Below, one piece after another: positions 51,430 to 64,000 of a stretch of 64,000 nucleotides of DNA. The translations under genes were made by a program, and so were the position numbers. Location: positions 155,062,001-155,126,000 of the forward strand of contig OX597814.1 in NCBI GenBank assembly GCA_951406725.2. The letters are read 5' to 3'. The notes below the pieces were generated by a model. The model had not been told where the DNA came from. It saw only the letters and a program-made list of their open reading frames with translations, and made no database searches. Source of the stretch: Octopus vulgaris. Taxonomy: Eukaryota. Every line of letters starts with the position of its first letter. The stretch's first letter is position 1.

Positions 51430-51816
51430 ATTGGGTAAATGCTGTCGGTTGAAGTGGTCATCAGACCTTTTTAAATTCTCTTTGAAAATACAACCTCATG
51501 TCTCGGTGAAGAAAACACTTTTTGTTAAGTTAACCGGATTATCCGGCTAGATAATGTTTTGGTTCCTCTTTTCAAATAGTAATCATAAGTCACTATTGCT
51601 CTGCAAGACATTAACATGTTTCATTCTAGTTTTATTTCGTTGCAGAACAGATTACAGAAAGTGAACATTATATCAGTACATATGAAACTCAATGATTCTA
51701 AATGTATTCAACTGGAAGTTTGTGTAAGTAATGAGGGATAGGAAGAGAGGGAGAGAGAGAGAGGCGGGGGAGGGGGAGAGAATGTGGAAGACGGGAAGAT
51801 AAAACTAAAATTCCTC

Positions 51817-51876
<60 letters not shown>

Positions 51877-52094
51877 TGAAAGAGAGAGAGTATGGGTGTG
51901 AAGAAATTGATTTAATGCTTAGTTGCATGCAGAATTAAATTTTATGAACAAGAAAGTATATTTATTTAGATACAAGATCATGTATTGTAAAGAGGGGAAG
52001 ACAAGACTGATACATATATATCTTTCTGGAAAACATTAGCAAAAGTGGAATGAATTTGCTTCGACCGGGAAATGAAATATAGAAACATATCTTA

Positions 52095-52313
52095 ATTCTT
52101 TATAGCCCACAAGGGGCTAAACATAGAGGGGACAAACAAAAGGATTAAGTCGATTATATCGACTCCAGTGCGTAACTGGTACTTAATTTATCAACCACGA
52201 AAGGATCAAAGGAAAAGTCGACATTGGCGGGATTTGAACTCAGAACGTAACGGCAGATGAAATACGGCTACGCATTTCGCCCGGTGTGTTAACGTTTCTG
52301 CCAGCTCGCCGTT
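52095..52313 (-). mobile_element. SINE family B
   Basis: Tail, central module and head (gtttctgccagctcgccg) present. Confidence 0.87.
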
Positions 52314-52508
52314 ATCTATTGAGCTATATGGCGGTCGTCAAGCTTAAAGAACATATAGACGTGTTTTCGATGTTATTCATTCCCCAAATCGAATTCTCTC
52401 GAATAGGTATATATGAACTGCATGCTATTCATTGAAATGGTATGTGCCTATGCATGCATGTACATATATATATATTTTCTAAAACATAAATATAAATATA
52501 AATATGAA

Positions 52509-52584
52509 TGGCTGAGGAAGGCCATAGACACACATTATGCATTGTTATAAATCCGTCTAATAAAGGCCCGAAACATATGTACCG
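52509..52584 (+). ncRNA. Type-I hammerhead motif with extended stem II
   Basis: UGG-CUGAGGA-A-GGCC-A-UAGAC(...)GUCUA-AUAAA-GGCC-C-GAA-AC(AUAU)GU-A-CCG. Full core, palindromic loop III, 3-bp stem I. Confidence 0.6.
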
Positions 52585-52624
52585 CTGAATCCTTGGCATC
52601 ATGTTTTTATTTTGATTAATTCTA

Positions 52625-52724
<100 letters not shown>

Positions 52725-53025
52725 AGCATGCATATATATATATATATATATATATATAAACACACACATACTGACCCACACACATGCACACAAACAAACA
52801 AAATGGAACGCAGTGTAAATAACGGACAGAGTCAAGACTATTGAAAAGGCTGCAAGGCGCAACGAAAATTTTTGGGAAAATAAAAATAAGAAACAATTGG
52901 AAATTTTACCGGTGAGTGTGTTACATTATAAGGCACAAAAAGAAAATGACTCTCCCCAGACACAACAGAATATGCTTCAACACACGAACTCATATAAAGA
53001 ATCTTGCAAACCAAATCCAAAAACG

Positions 53026-53074
<49 letters not shown>

Positions 53075-54929
53075 GAAATTTTTATGAGTGCATAATATGA
53101 GCTTCTTTTATTTTGAACTTTCACTTGTCGTATCTACTTCACCATCTGGCTTTTCTTCTACTTGTAAATAATTCTTACAGACTATGGAAACATTTTAACC
53201 TCACATACAGACATATCCTACTCACGTATATACATAACATCTTAAAGCGACTTCTTTTTCTTTTAGCTTTTTCTTGCATTCTCTCCCATTTACAAACATT
53301 TTCTCTAGCTTTATAGTCAGTTTTTGTATTTTATTAAGACTGCGCTATTTATTACCCACCATTCATTCTACTCCAAATTCGATACCGTTTTTTATGCAGA
53401 AACCCACAGTCTCCCACTCAAAACACCATACTATCCATATATAAAAAAAAATTTCCATATGCTCCCTCTCCACTGAAAGAAGCCGACACCCCACTCCAAA
53501 CATAGTACAACACACACAAAACCCCATTGAATATACTTGAAACTCCTTCAGTATAGTGGTTTTACTTTCTTTATTCTTTTGCTTCATTTGTTTAAAAAGA
53601 AAAGTTTTCTATTGGGAGATGTCGCTTAATTACCATTGGCAACCGTGCGGAACATAGAGACCAAAAAAAAAAAAAAAAAAAATCACCTTCCAAGTTCTGC
53701 GTTGTTTTAAAAGGCAAAGTAAGTTGTTTGCTGTTTCCGCCATTGACGTCTTTATGACCACCACTGAAACAAACAAATAAATCAAAAGGTAGTAGGAGTT
53801 AGCTTCACCGGAACCCTGAAAGTATGAACAGGTCTGCAAACACCAGCTGGGCAGGAAATGCTATCGTCTTGATACTAATATGTCTATTATATAACAAGTC
53901 AACATAAGAAACTGGAGTCATTGGTAAGTGACCAGCCATGGTGAAGGTACTGACACCACAGAGTAATAGCTAACATTAAAATGCATAAGAAACGGAATAA
54001 ATACATAAATAGAGTAAAATTAGGAGGCTAGAAAGCTGAGAAATTAAGTAGAATATGAAAATATTGGAAGGCTAGAAGAATGAAACAAAAAAAGAGTTTG
54101 TAAAGTAGATGAGTGGAAGATGCTTGCCTGAAAAAAAGAAAAACAATGTAATGAAAATAACTAGAAAACTAATACGCTTGTAATCTGGAAATAAAACAGA
54201 ACATAAAATAAGAAAACGCAAATGAAACCAAACAAAAAACTCATAAAAACTATAAAACAACACAAACCAAAATATTAAAATTCTTAGTGTCTGGAAGAGA
54301 CTGACTAAAAGATAAGACTAAAATTACCAGACCTCTCTATAGGAAGAAGGGAAATTTTTCAATACTGTATCTCCAAAAGTTTTCTAAGCAAAGCCAATTA
54401 ATTTTTTCTCATTATGTGCATCCGTGTTATTTCAAGATAGGAACATCTAGCCCTACTCTTTAATAGGGACCATAATGAGATGCCAAAGCAGCACCAAAAG
54501 CTGGGTTGGATCTACTGCACTTTGTATGTTAACTCTTATGTTATTGAGACATATGAAGAGGTTTTTCGAATAATAATGAATCTTGTGATCCATATTTTCA
54601 ATGACACACTCTCTCACATCGATACTCAAACTTTTTAACTATCGCCCCACCTTCTTTTACCAACACTTTTCAACGCTCCCTTGACACAATTCAGTAAAAA
54701 TAGATGCACCACATTTACACAAACACACACGCGCACACGCGCGCACGCACACATACACATACACTCAAGTCAGGATGTTTCCTAAAGCTACAAGTACAGT
54801 GATCGTCTTTATTGCATATATGGAATTATAAAACAAGCCACAAATATTCGACAATGTCTTTTAATTTATACTTTTGTTTATTGTTTATAATTTACAGGCA
54901 TATTCGTTTCAGCATATTCTTATTCACAT

Positions 54930-55088
54930 TTCTTCTTCTTCTTCTTCTTCTTCTTCTTCTTCTTCTTCTTCTTCTTCTTCTTCTTCTTCTTCTTCTTCTT
55001 CTTCTTCTTCTTCTTCTTCTTCTTCTTCTTCTTCTTCTTCTTCTTCTTCTTCTTCTTCTTCTTCTTCTTCTTCTTCTTCTTCTTCTTC
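54930..55088. repeat. Pure (TTC)n/(GAA)n tract, ~53 units
   Basis: Seen directly. Confidence 0.98.
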
Positions 55089-55719
55089 TCATTCATAGTT
55101 TCATTTGTATTACATTTCCCTTTCCTTGTGTAATCCTTTCCCTATGACAGCGTAGCGTAAATTTTGAAGTTTTAATTTTCTACTCTCCAGATTTTAGCAT
55201 TTATCAACTTTTTAATAATATAACTTCATCATTTATCACGAGTGCTTCTGTTTGTATGAAAATACTGATCTTTGTACCCTATCCAGCCTTCTCAATTTAC
55301 ATTTTCGTCCATCACTCCTATTCACCTTTCTTTTTACAATTTCTCCTTCTATTACTATCACAGTATCTTATCATTCTCTTCCAATCTTGCTCCCACCTAA
55401 CATTTTCTCTATCCTTGTTTATCTCTCGCTCACCCTGTTCTCCTTCCACTCGAACTCGATCCAGTATATTCAAATATTTCTTGCAAAATTTTAAATATTC
55501 ATCTCGCCCGTTTCTTAACATTTCTGTGCCCTTTTTCGCAGGCTCATTTCAGTTTGCAGGCTCATTTCAGTTATCATTTCTCCCCCAAACCCTTTCGCTT
55601 ATCACTTTCCGCCTCTCCACCAAAGACAATATTTACTGAATTCGCAGTTTCCGAAACACAACTTTGATGATACACACCGAATATCTGCTTTGCTGAAACA
55701 ACGATGGCTGTGTTGTAAG

Positions 55720-55804
<85 letters not shown>

Positions 55805-55844
55805 AAATTTTCAAATCCATGTCGAACATCTCTAGAGATTTATG

Positions 55845-56900
55845 ATCTCATCTTCTGGTATGAGGTGATTGGTATTGTTCCGTATTGGTGCAGAGCGCTA
55901 AAACACAATTATTGATGGTGTTGGAAGTACCGCTGGACGAGTGTGCCGATATGAATTGGGTGGAGTAGTTGCCCTCATATATCGTTAGTAGGAGCAGATT
56001 ATACCTTAGAAGGTTGCAAAGGTAGTGTAAAAAAAATGCGTCTATAGCTTGAGGCTGGAAAGTGTTTGTGTGGGGGTTTTTGAGAATCAGTCGGATGACA
56101 TTTTGGATGTGATCTGTGTGCATTTGCGCTACACATAGGTCACTTTATTTCATTTTGGATTAGCAGCGCAAAGGGATCGTTCGGTTCTGAAATGCAATGA
56201 TCTCTTCAAACAAACAGCCAGGAATAATATCTGAATGGCATATCGAGTGGAAAACCATTTCAGTTTTGAAGATATAACGATCTTTAAATTTGCAAGTCCA
56301 TAAGATGCTTGCAAAGAGGGCACGCAAAAAGTTAAGAAAAGGGGTGAGATGTATATTTAAAAGGGATTTTTTGGCCTTTGAAATGCAATTTGTTGTTCAG
56401 AATATGTGATCATCTGGGGAGATCATCATTGATTGTGAGGCCTGACATTTTTAACGGTGGATCGCAGCAGTGGGTAAAAAGGACCCAATTGATAATTTCT
56501 TAAGCTCTTGTAGGCAGTGGGTACAGCCATATTGATACAGCGCATGTGAACCATTTTAACATGTGTGAGAGACGTGGAAGTGCAGGCTTAATGAAATGGT
56601 TTTGGTCAGATAGTTAGCTGATGCGGATGGATCTGGGATGATAAAACTGACAGAGATCCAATGTGTTAGTTAATTCAAATGGAGTGTTATATTGGCGTGT
56701 AACGGGTAACCATGATTAGGCAGTGGTTGGATGATCCAATAGGAACAGAGTTTGGAGATGAGGAAGAGACCTAGAATATAACTTCTGTGTTTCGGTCAGG
56801 TGGTTAGACGTAGGAGATAATATTAATGCCTTTGGAATATCCTTTTTTACTCCTGAAAGTAATTTTCCTTTGTCAGATGACCATTTATATATTACAGAAT
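55845..56900 (-). mobile_element. Possible degenerate 3' part of an L1-like LINE
   Basis: Weak C..C....DHIF...C-like and AVPT patterns on the minus strand around 56380-56560. Many stops. Confidence 0.35.
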
Positions 56901-57039
56901 TACTGTTGTTTAGATGGTGTAGGCAAGTATCTTATGGGCTTGCAATTTTAGAGATCGTTATATCTTCAAAACTGAAATGTTTTTCCACTCGATGTGCCAT
57001 TCAGATATTATTCCTGGCTCTTTGTTTGAAGAGATCATT
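56196..57039. repeat. 117-bp inverted duplication (56196-56312 and 56923-57039)
   Basis: 7 mismatches over 117 bp by eye, ~610-bp spacer. Confidence 0.92.
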
Positions 57040-58578
57040 AAATATTTTTAGACATACTTTGTGTGCGTGTATTATATATATATATATATAGAATTTTGGA
57101 AAATTACCAATTCTTAGTGCTTTTAAGTTGTTGTTTTTTTTTGTAGCGTCTGGATTATTTCTTGTGTTATTCCTTCCAGTGATTGTTCAGGTGTTACACC
57201 TGTTGTTTTAAACATTCTTGTCCGTGGCAATCCCTTCGTGATCCATAGTTCTCTGAAACATTCTTCTACTTTTCTTGCTGTTTGTACTGCTGCTATTTTG
57301 ATTTTACAGGGTTCTTGGTAAAATCGTTTCGTTTTGTACTTGAATTGAAATGTTTACCTACGACAAGAGATTTCTTCTACGATTTTACGAGGATATTTTC
57401 TTTTATGAGTTCTTTGTATCTGGGTACTTCTGTATAGTTTTTGTCACATTTTTTCCGATTTATTTCTGTTCTTCTGTCGTTGATTTCTTTAAAGATTAGG
57501 AGATGTTTTCTTTGTCTTTCTCAGCACCTTTTCTTATAATTATATACTTTTAATTTAGATGTTCTTATATGACTGGTTTTGAAAAAGTAGCCACCTTCCT
57601 GTGACTGCATTTCATATCTGTTTCCTTCTTGTGATAATGACTTAATACTTAAAAGAAACATCCATCTATCAAAACCACTTTTTTTTTTGTGAATTGGGTT
57701 AAAGCTCTCGCACTATTTCGTTATATCTTAGATGTTTAGCCGTTTCTCACAAAATCGGATGTTTTGAGAAATACTTAAACAAAGAATGAAAGAAGTGAAG
57801 CTACATATAATGTCCTTACTTTTGGACACATCAAAACTCAAGATAACAACCAAAATGATGGCTCTTATGCTATTTTTTTTCGGGACAGATTCCTTTTGAC
57901 ATAAACCCCATCAGGAATAAGGGATTTCTTGATGATGTGGCTACAGATGCCCAGTTTAAACACATTCCAATCTCTCGTCTCTTACTGTTACTACAATTTT
58001 TGTTCCCCAAAGCTAAATGGTTTTGTGGCACAGTCCAGATCAAAAGTTTAGGTTTAACCCATTAACATAACCAACCCTACCATTTCGCCTTATACCACGC
58101 CTATGGAATTACCTCTCTTATTAATTTTTTCCTGCTGTAGTTGGGTTGCAGTTGTTTGAAGAGAACGATCTCATAGGCCTCACTTATCTTGGAGAATCTG
58201 TTTTGCATTGCGATTTAATTGCAGGTCGCGTTTTACTTCTAGAGGGTCAAGTATTGAGATCAACTTCAGGTCTTTTCAGTTTGGCTGCCAATTTTCGATC
58301 TCTTCCAATTCTGCTCGAATTGATTTCATATTCGGTATAATGATATGGTTTTATGTGCTAATTACTGCTTTGAAATTAATTTTCACAATAAATCAATAAA
58401 TAAAGAGTTATTGGCTTTTAACGTTTGAAAATTTTGGGTAATTTTAGCCAATCATCAGCCACAAATACATTCATGCCTGTTTACAATTAACAAGCCAAAC
58501 ATGAGAACTATTTTGTCTGTGAGATAGCGCCTGTTGACAAATAGATTCTACACGAAAACATGTGCATCGATGCTGTGT

Positions 58579-58641
58579 TCTGCTGCTTGTGCCCATCTGC
58601 CGCTTGTGCTCATCTGCTGCTTGTGCTCATCTGCCGCTTGT
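58579..58641 (+). repeat. 17-bp minisatellite, ~3.7 copies (tctgcYgcttgtgcYca)
   Basis: Seen directly. Confidence 0.9.
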
Positions 58642-60334
58642 ATCCTGGTCAAGAGATATGCTAAGAATAACAGCCAAATAGGCCTTAAATCACGCACCCC
58701 TCAGTTTTTTGTTTTTGTTTTTACATAATCGTATGAATTCCTGAGTCTAGATTACAAATTCGCAAGAATTTTCTGAAAATTAAAAAAAAATAAATAAAAT
58801 AAAAGTAATGAGAGGTTATATGTCGTGCGTAAAGCAGAAGTTGATTTATTTAGTTTCAGATGAATGAGAAAGGAAGATGTGACGGCAAACTCGGTAGTGG
58901 GATGATGGAAATTCTACGGTGAAAAAGAATCAAACAGCGTTTAAATTCTGTGTGAGTATATGTGTAAGTATGTAAAAGGGAGGCATGTAAATGTGTGTGT
59001 GTGTCCAATGGAAGTGAGATGGTGAACATCAAACAGCGTTTCAACTCCGTGTGAGTATATGTGTATATGTGTGTGCATATACAAGTATGTGAACGTTTGT
59101 ATGTGTGAACCAGCGTTCTTTCAGTAACAAACGATGATCAATGTCACATCTCAGAATACAACCACTAGATTACATTGACAAGTGTATTCTTTTTTTTGAT
59201 TTACCACCAATATTCTATATAATAATTATTATAATCACACACACACACCTACACAAACATGTACATATACAAACTCATTAAAGAAAATAATTATTGCCTC
59301 AGTGTATCGAGAATATAAAACGAGTGCAGTTGAAAGGTATATTATAAATTTGGTAATAAAGGAATTATTAAACTAAAAACTTGGTCTTGTACCTTATTTA
59401 TATATACAATACTGCAATTAGCCGTCATTTTTGACGGCACGGGGCCAGCTTTTGTTCTAATATTTAATGTACTTTTTCTTTCTCATATTCTTAATCTTTC
59501 GTTTTTCTCACTCTCACACTTTCTTTTTCACTCTGAATTCTCTCTCTTCCGCTGTCAATTTTCCTTTTCTTTTTTCTCCGCTCAAGCTACTTCACCTTTT
59601 AGTATCCCGCTCTCCTTCCGTACTTTGCTTCTCTTCGTTTTCATTTTATTCTCTCTTTCTCACTTTTACCCCCTTCTCACCCCTCTTTGTCTACTTCTTC
59701 ATTAACTACACTCATTCTTTCTCAGTTACCGTCGTTACTTGTATTGACTAATAAACTACAAGAATACAAACTTAACTTTTCTCAGTTCAGAAGTCCCTTC
59801 TTTTCTATTAAAAAAAAAACGAAGGAAAAACAAAAATTAAAACTCATATCAGCCTCATTTCCTATCGTCTCACTGACTGCGACTAACCATAGCGTTTCCA
59901 TCACCCATCGCCACCACCATGGGTCTTCCTCGCTCCAGTGTCTTCATCATCCCAGCACCACCATCATTTTCAACTTACCTTACCACGCCATGTTCACCTC
60001 AGTTACTACTTCTCCCTGCCTGCTTGCCGCCACCAAGGCTTGTCGCCATACCAAGGAGCCTTGATGTGCGGGGAGGGCCAACGGTAACCCCTGCCAGCAG
60101 ACCTCACAATCATAAATTACTCCTAATAAGACAGTCGCAACTCAAGCACGGCGCCTATGCTCCTCTTCGCACCGATCCACAATACCACCCACCTCACTAC
60201 CTTTTCCTCCCATCTGGTTCTTGCAACACCTCCTTCATCCCAGTTCCAACCCCTGCCCCAAACCCAACCCCCAGCTCCGCTTTACGTTACTTCCCTTCTT
60301 GTTTTGTTCAGTTCTACAAGTTATTTTCCCTGTA

Positions 60335-60598
60335 ATCATCATCATCATCATCATCATCACCTTCATCACCACCACTACCACCAACACCACCACCATCACC
60401 ACCACCACCACCACCACCACCGCCGCCACCACCACCACCACCACCGCCGCCGCCACCACCACCACCACCACCACCACCACCACCACCATCACCATCACCA
60501 CCACCACCACCACCATCTTTTTCTTCTTTTTCTTCTTCTTCTTCTTCTTCTTCTTCTTCTTCTTCTTCTTCTTCTTCTTCTTCTTCTTCTTCTTCTTC
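60335..60598. repeat. Compound (CAT)n-(CAC/CGC)n-(TTC)n trinucleotide array
   Basis: Seen directly. Confidence 0.97.
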
Positions 60599-61134
60599 CC
60601 TACTGCTTCTGCTGGCTACCGTTGGAACAGGTTGATGTCAGAGAGGGTGGAAAGTGGAGGGTGATGGATAGTGGTTAGTAGCATGGAATGGTAGTTTATG
60701 GTTATGTACACACCAAGGAAAATCCTATGATTAGGTCTTGTAGTGTTTTTTTTTTTTCAATTATCTTTTCACAAACTAAAAAAAAAAATGTTTTATTTTC
60801 GTGTACCATTCATCATCATCATCATCATCATCATCATAATTATTATTATCATCATCATTACCACTACACCCAACCCCCACAGTCATCCGTCCCGTTTTCT
60901 TATTCTTATCTTGCTTCTTTGCACTTTACGTGTCCTGCTTCGAGTTCCTTCAGTTAGGCTAACATTGCTATCAATTTCTACTTATGAATCACTTTCACGA
61001 TGCAAATAGACAACTACATGTCCAAGTTGTGCTGGACGTTTGCTATGAGACCTTGAGAAGCGATACTTCACTGTATTATTTAAACAAAATTTAATCTGAG
61101 AGTTTGAGTGTCTCTAGTTTCACTTTTCCCCGTT

Positions 61135-61435
61135 ACTTGTTTTAGTCATTGGACTACGACCACGCTGGGGGCATAGTCTTGAAGAGTTTTAATTGAACGA
61201 AGAGGCCCACCGAACCGCTTATTTAGAATTTCATAAAGAAAACAACTACGGTAGTATAGCGGTGAGCGAGGAGACAAACACAAAGACCTAAATACATATA
61301 TATATTTATATAAAACTGGCTTCCACATAGTTACCGTCAACCAAATTCACTCGTAAGGCATTTGTCGGTCCAGGATAATTGTGAAATCCACTTGCCCAAG
61401 TTATCATTCAGTGGGACTAAACCCGAAACCATGTT
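61135..61435 (-). mobile_element. SINE family A, diverged
   Basis: ccgtcaaccaaattcactc..cagtgggactaaacccgaaaccatg. Confidence 0.7.
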
Positions 61436-61661
61436 GTCCACTAATGTTTTTTTAGCTCGATTTTTTTCTTTGCATGAGTATGTATCTGTGTGTGCGCGCG
61501 CGTGCGAGTAGAATAAAGCCTTTGAATTGTTCTATAAAACTCCAAGCTGTAGGACAATACTGGACGAAATAAATTGTTACAAACACTTTGCTCAGCAAAT
61601 CTACTACAAGTATGCAAGCAACTCATTAAACGCATAATGTAATTCATATACATACTGAAAT

Positions 61662-61989
61662 GGGTAAAGACCCCATGGGTTACGAATGACCATGGGATTG
61701 CACCTAAAAAGTTCCCCTCCGAGGCATAAATCCGGGTAAGGTTGCTTAAGGTAGACCTGCAGTTACACATGCATACCAGTTTCCTCTCTCCGCTCCACCG
61801 ATGTTGTCCAAGGGAAAGGCAAAGGCCGATACAGCTTGGCACCAGTGACGTTGCAGTTCATTTCTACAACTAAGTGAACTGGAGCAACGTGAAATAAAGT
61901 GTTTTGCTCAAGAACACAGCACAGTCAGGTCCGGGAATCGAACTCACTACATCATGATGGTGAGTCTGATGCTCTAACCATTGAGCCAT
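61662..61989 (-). mobile_element. SINE family C
   Basis: Reverse complement of the 30669 copy. Confidence 0.88.
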
Positions 61990-62332
61990 CGACTACAAAA
62001 TAGATGAACCAATTATAAAAATTTCGAGAGACTGAACGCTAAATGCATTACATCTAATCATCAATCAACACTAATGATATACTATATAAAATGCTTCAAT
62101 CAAGGACCTTGTAGAAAGAATAAACTACGGGTACGTAAAACACGACGAATCCCTAAAGGCCCAATGTTATTTGTAAAGTTATTGCAAACGTGAAAGTTGT
62201 AAACTTCCTGACCCTACCTATTTATTGGCCATGCAGTTATGACATTGTTCTGTCTGTTCGGGAAGCTCGCAAAGCACAGAGCAAATACAATACAGAGTAC
62301 CAGAAAATACAAGGCAAAAATTACACCAGAAA

Positions 62333-62660
62333 ACACATGGTTTCGGGTTCAGACCCATTGCGTGTTACTTTGGGCAAATGTCTTCTACTTTTAGCCTCGG
62401 GCCAGCCAAAGCCTTGTGAGTGGGTTTGGTAGAGTGGAGTTGGTATGTGTGTGTGTGTCTGTGTTTAAAAACCCCAACATCGCTTGAGAGCCGATGCTGG
62501 TGTTTTTACGTCCTCGTTACCTAGTGGTTCGGCAAAATACACCGATAGAATAAATACTAGGGCTTACAAATAATAAGTCCTCGGGTAGATTGGTTCAACT
62601 AAAGGTGGTGCTCCAGCATGGCCGCAGCCAAATGGCTGAAACAAGTAAAAGAATAAGATT
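62333..62660 (+). mobile_element. SINE family A, diverged (another minus-strand head at ~62738-62900)
   Basis: cacatggtttcgggttcagaccc..ggtggtgctccagcatggccgcag..gtaaaaga. Confidence 0.83.
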
Positions 62661-62908
62661 CTATAAAAGTTACGAGAGAAAAGAAACGCTTAAGTTTGCC
62701 ATATAAATGTTTCAAACACACATATATATATTTATATACAACGGGATTCTACATAGTTTCCTTTTACTAAATCCACTCAGAAGGCTTTAGGCGGCCCGAG
62801 GCTATATAGTAGCAAACACTTGTCCAAGGTGCCACGCAATGGGACTGAGCTGGAGGCATGTGGTTGGGAAGCAAGATTCTTATCAACAGCCAGGCCTATA
62901 CGCACACA

Positions 62909-62977
<69 letters not shown>

Positions 62978-63078
62978 GTCTGTCTGTCTGTCTGTCTGTC
63001 TGTCAGTCTGTCTGCCTGTCTGTCTGTTTGTCTGTCTCTCTGTTTCCGTCTCTCTCTGTTCCTATATGTGTGTGTGTA

Positions 63079-63122
<44 letters not shown>

Positions 63123-63141
63123 ATAATAAAGATGAGAACAG

Positions 63142-63199
<58 letters not shown>

Positions 63200-63258
63200 C
63201 GCCATGATAGATCGTTAGCCACTACACACATTTTTTTCTCTCCTTGTTTTCTGTTTCC

Positions 63259-63294
63259 CTTTCTGTAGAAGAGCGTAGGCTCGAAACGTAAAAG
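63259..63294 (+). ncRNA. Minimal type-I hammerhead motif with A6>U core variant, in a ~155-bp repeat (63193-63348)
   Basis: CUUU-CUGUAGA-A-GAGC(GUAG)GCUC-GAA-ACGU-A-AAAG. Confidence 0.55.
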
Positions 63295-63399
63295 ACGTTT
63301 TTCTATTCCTGAGCTAATACATCTGTTTGTTTTTTCGTAAATTATCCCTATATATATATATATATATGTGTGTGTGTAATAATAAAGATGAGAACAGAG

Positions 63400-63448
<49 letters not shown>

Positions 63449-64000
63449 GAGAGGGAGAGGGAGAGAAAGAGTCAACAGATGAGATCCAAAGATGTTCAGT
63501 CAAGAAGACACTCCGTAATCTTTAGACATGTAAGTATACATTTAGAAATATGTATATGTATACATGTATGTACATTCGTATGAATTTTATAATGTGTTTT
63601 GCTTAACATGTTAACCCTGCACGCGATGTAATACACATGTCGGATTTGTTATGGCCATGGCGAAATAATCGGCAATTAATCATAAGTGAAAATAATGTTA
63701 TCATAACAAGCTCTGTTTTGTTTATAAAAAAAGGCAAGGTTTTACGGGCATCGTTGAAAGATTTAGATCATAGGTCACCTCGATGAATGTCGATTAAAGG
63801 GTCGGGGAGTAAACGTGAAAAGGAAAAAGAACACACACACGCACACACACATTTTCAAATGCATCATAAAATAATCTGTAATGAATCAAATGTAAAAATT
63901 GTAATGTTAATTTTGTTACGTAAGGAGGCATAATATATATTTATGAAATTGATAGTATATAATCATATATATATATAGTATATATTCAAATTATCACCTT

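Noticed and set aside
51440-51465. CTGATGA on the minus strand (also CTGACGA at ~7475)
   Set aside because: No properly placed GAAA or closing stems, so not counted as hammerheads.
59919-60335. 138-aa Pro-rich ORF with strong Kozak context
   Set aside because: Low-complexity C-rich sequence next to CAC repeats, with no recognisable domain.

Overview
AT-rich, microsatellite-saturated eukaryotic non-coding DNA. I recognise the SINE families as octopus/coleoid cephalopod types, which is an inference from memory and not checked. No host protein-coding gene can be supported: nearly all listed ORFs are microsatellite or SINE read-throughs. The window holds at least five tRNA-derived SINE families (labelled A-E here) plus a mini-SINE, two decayed mariner elements and several MITEs. 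It also holds fragments of RLE-type (R4/Dong-like), RTE and L1/Tx1-like LINEs and a possible ancient cytochrome b NUMT. The most striking signal is a set of minimal type-I hammerhead ribozyme motifs (CUGANGA...GAAA-palindrome-UH with paired stems I/II). They lie in at least four apparently unrelated short non-coding repeats next to microsatellites. Twice they occur as divergent inverted pairs, one of which is a spacer-less 659-bp near-perfect palindrome (12515-13173). All coordinates and alignments were read by eye, so boundaries of degenerate elements are approximate.
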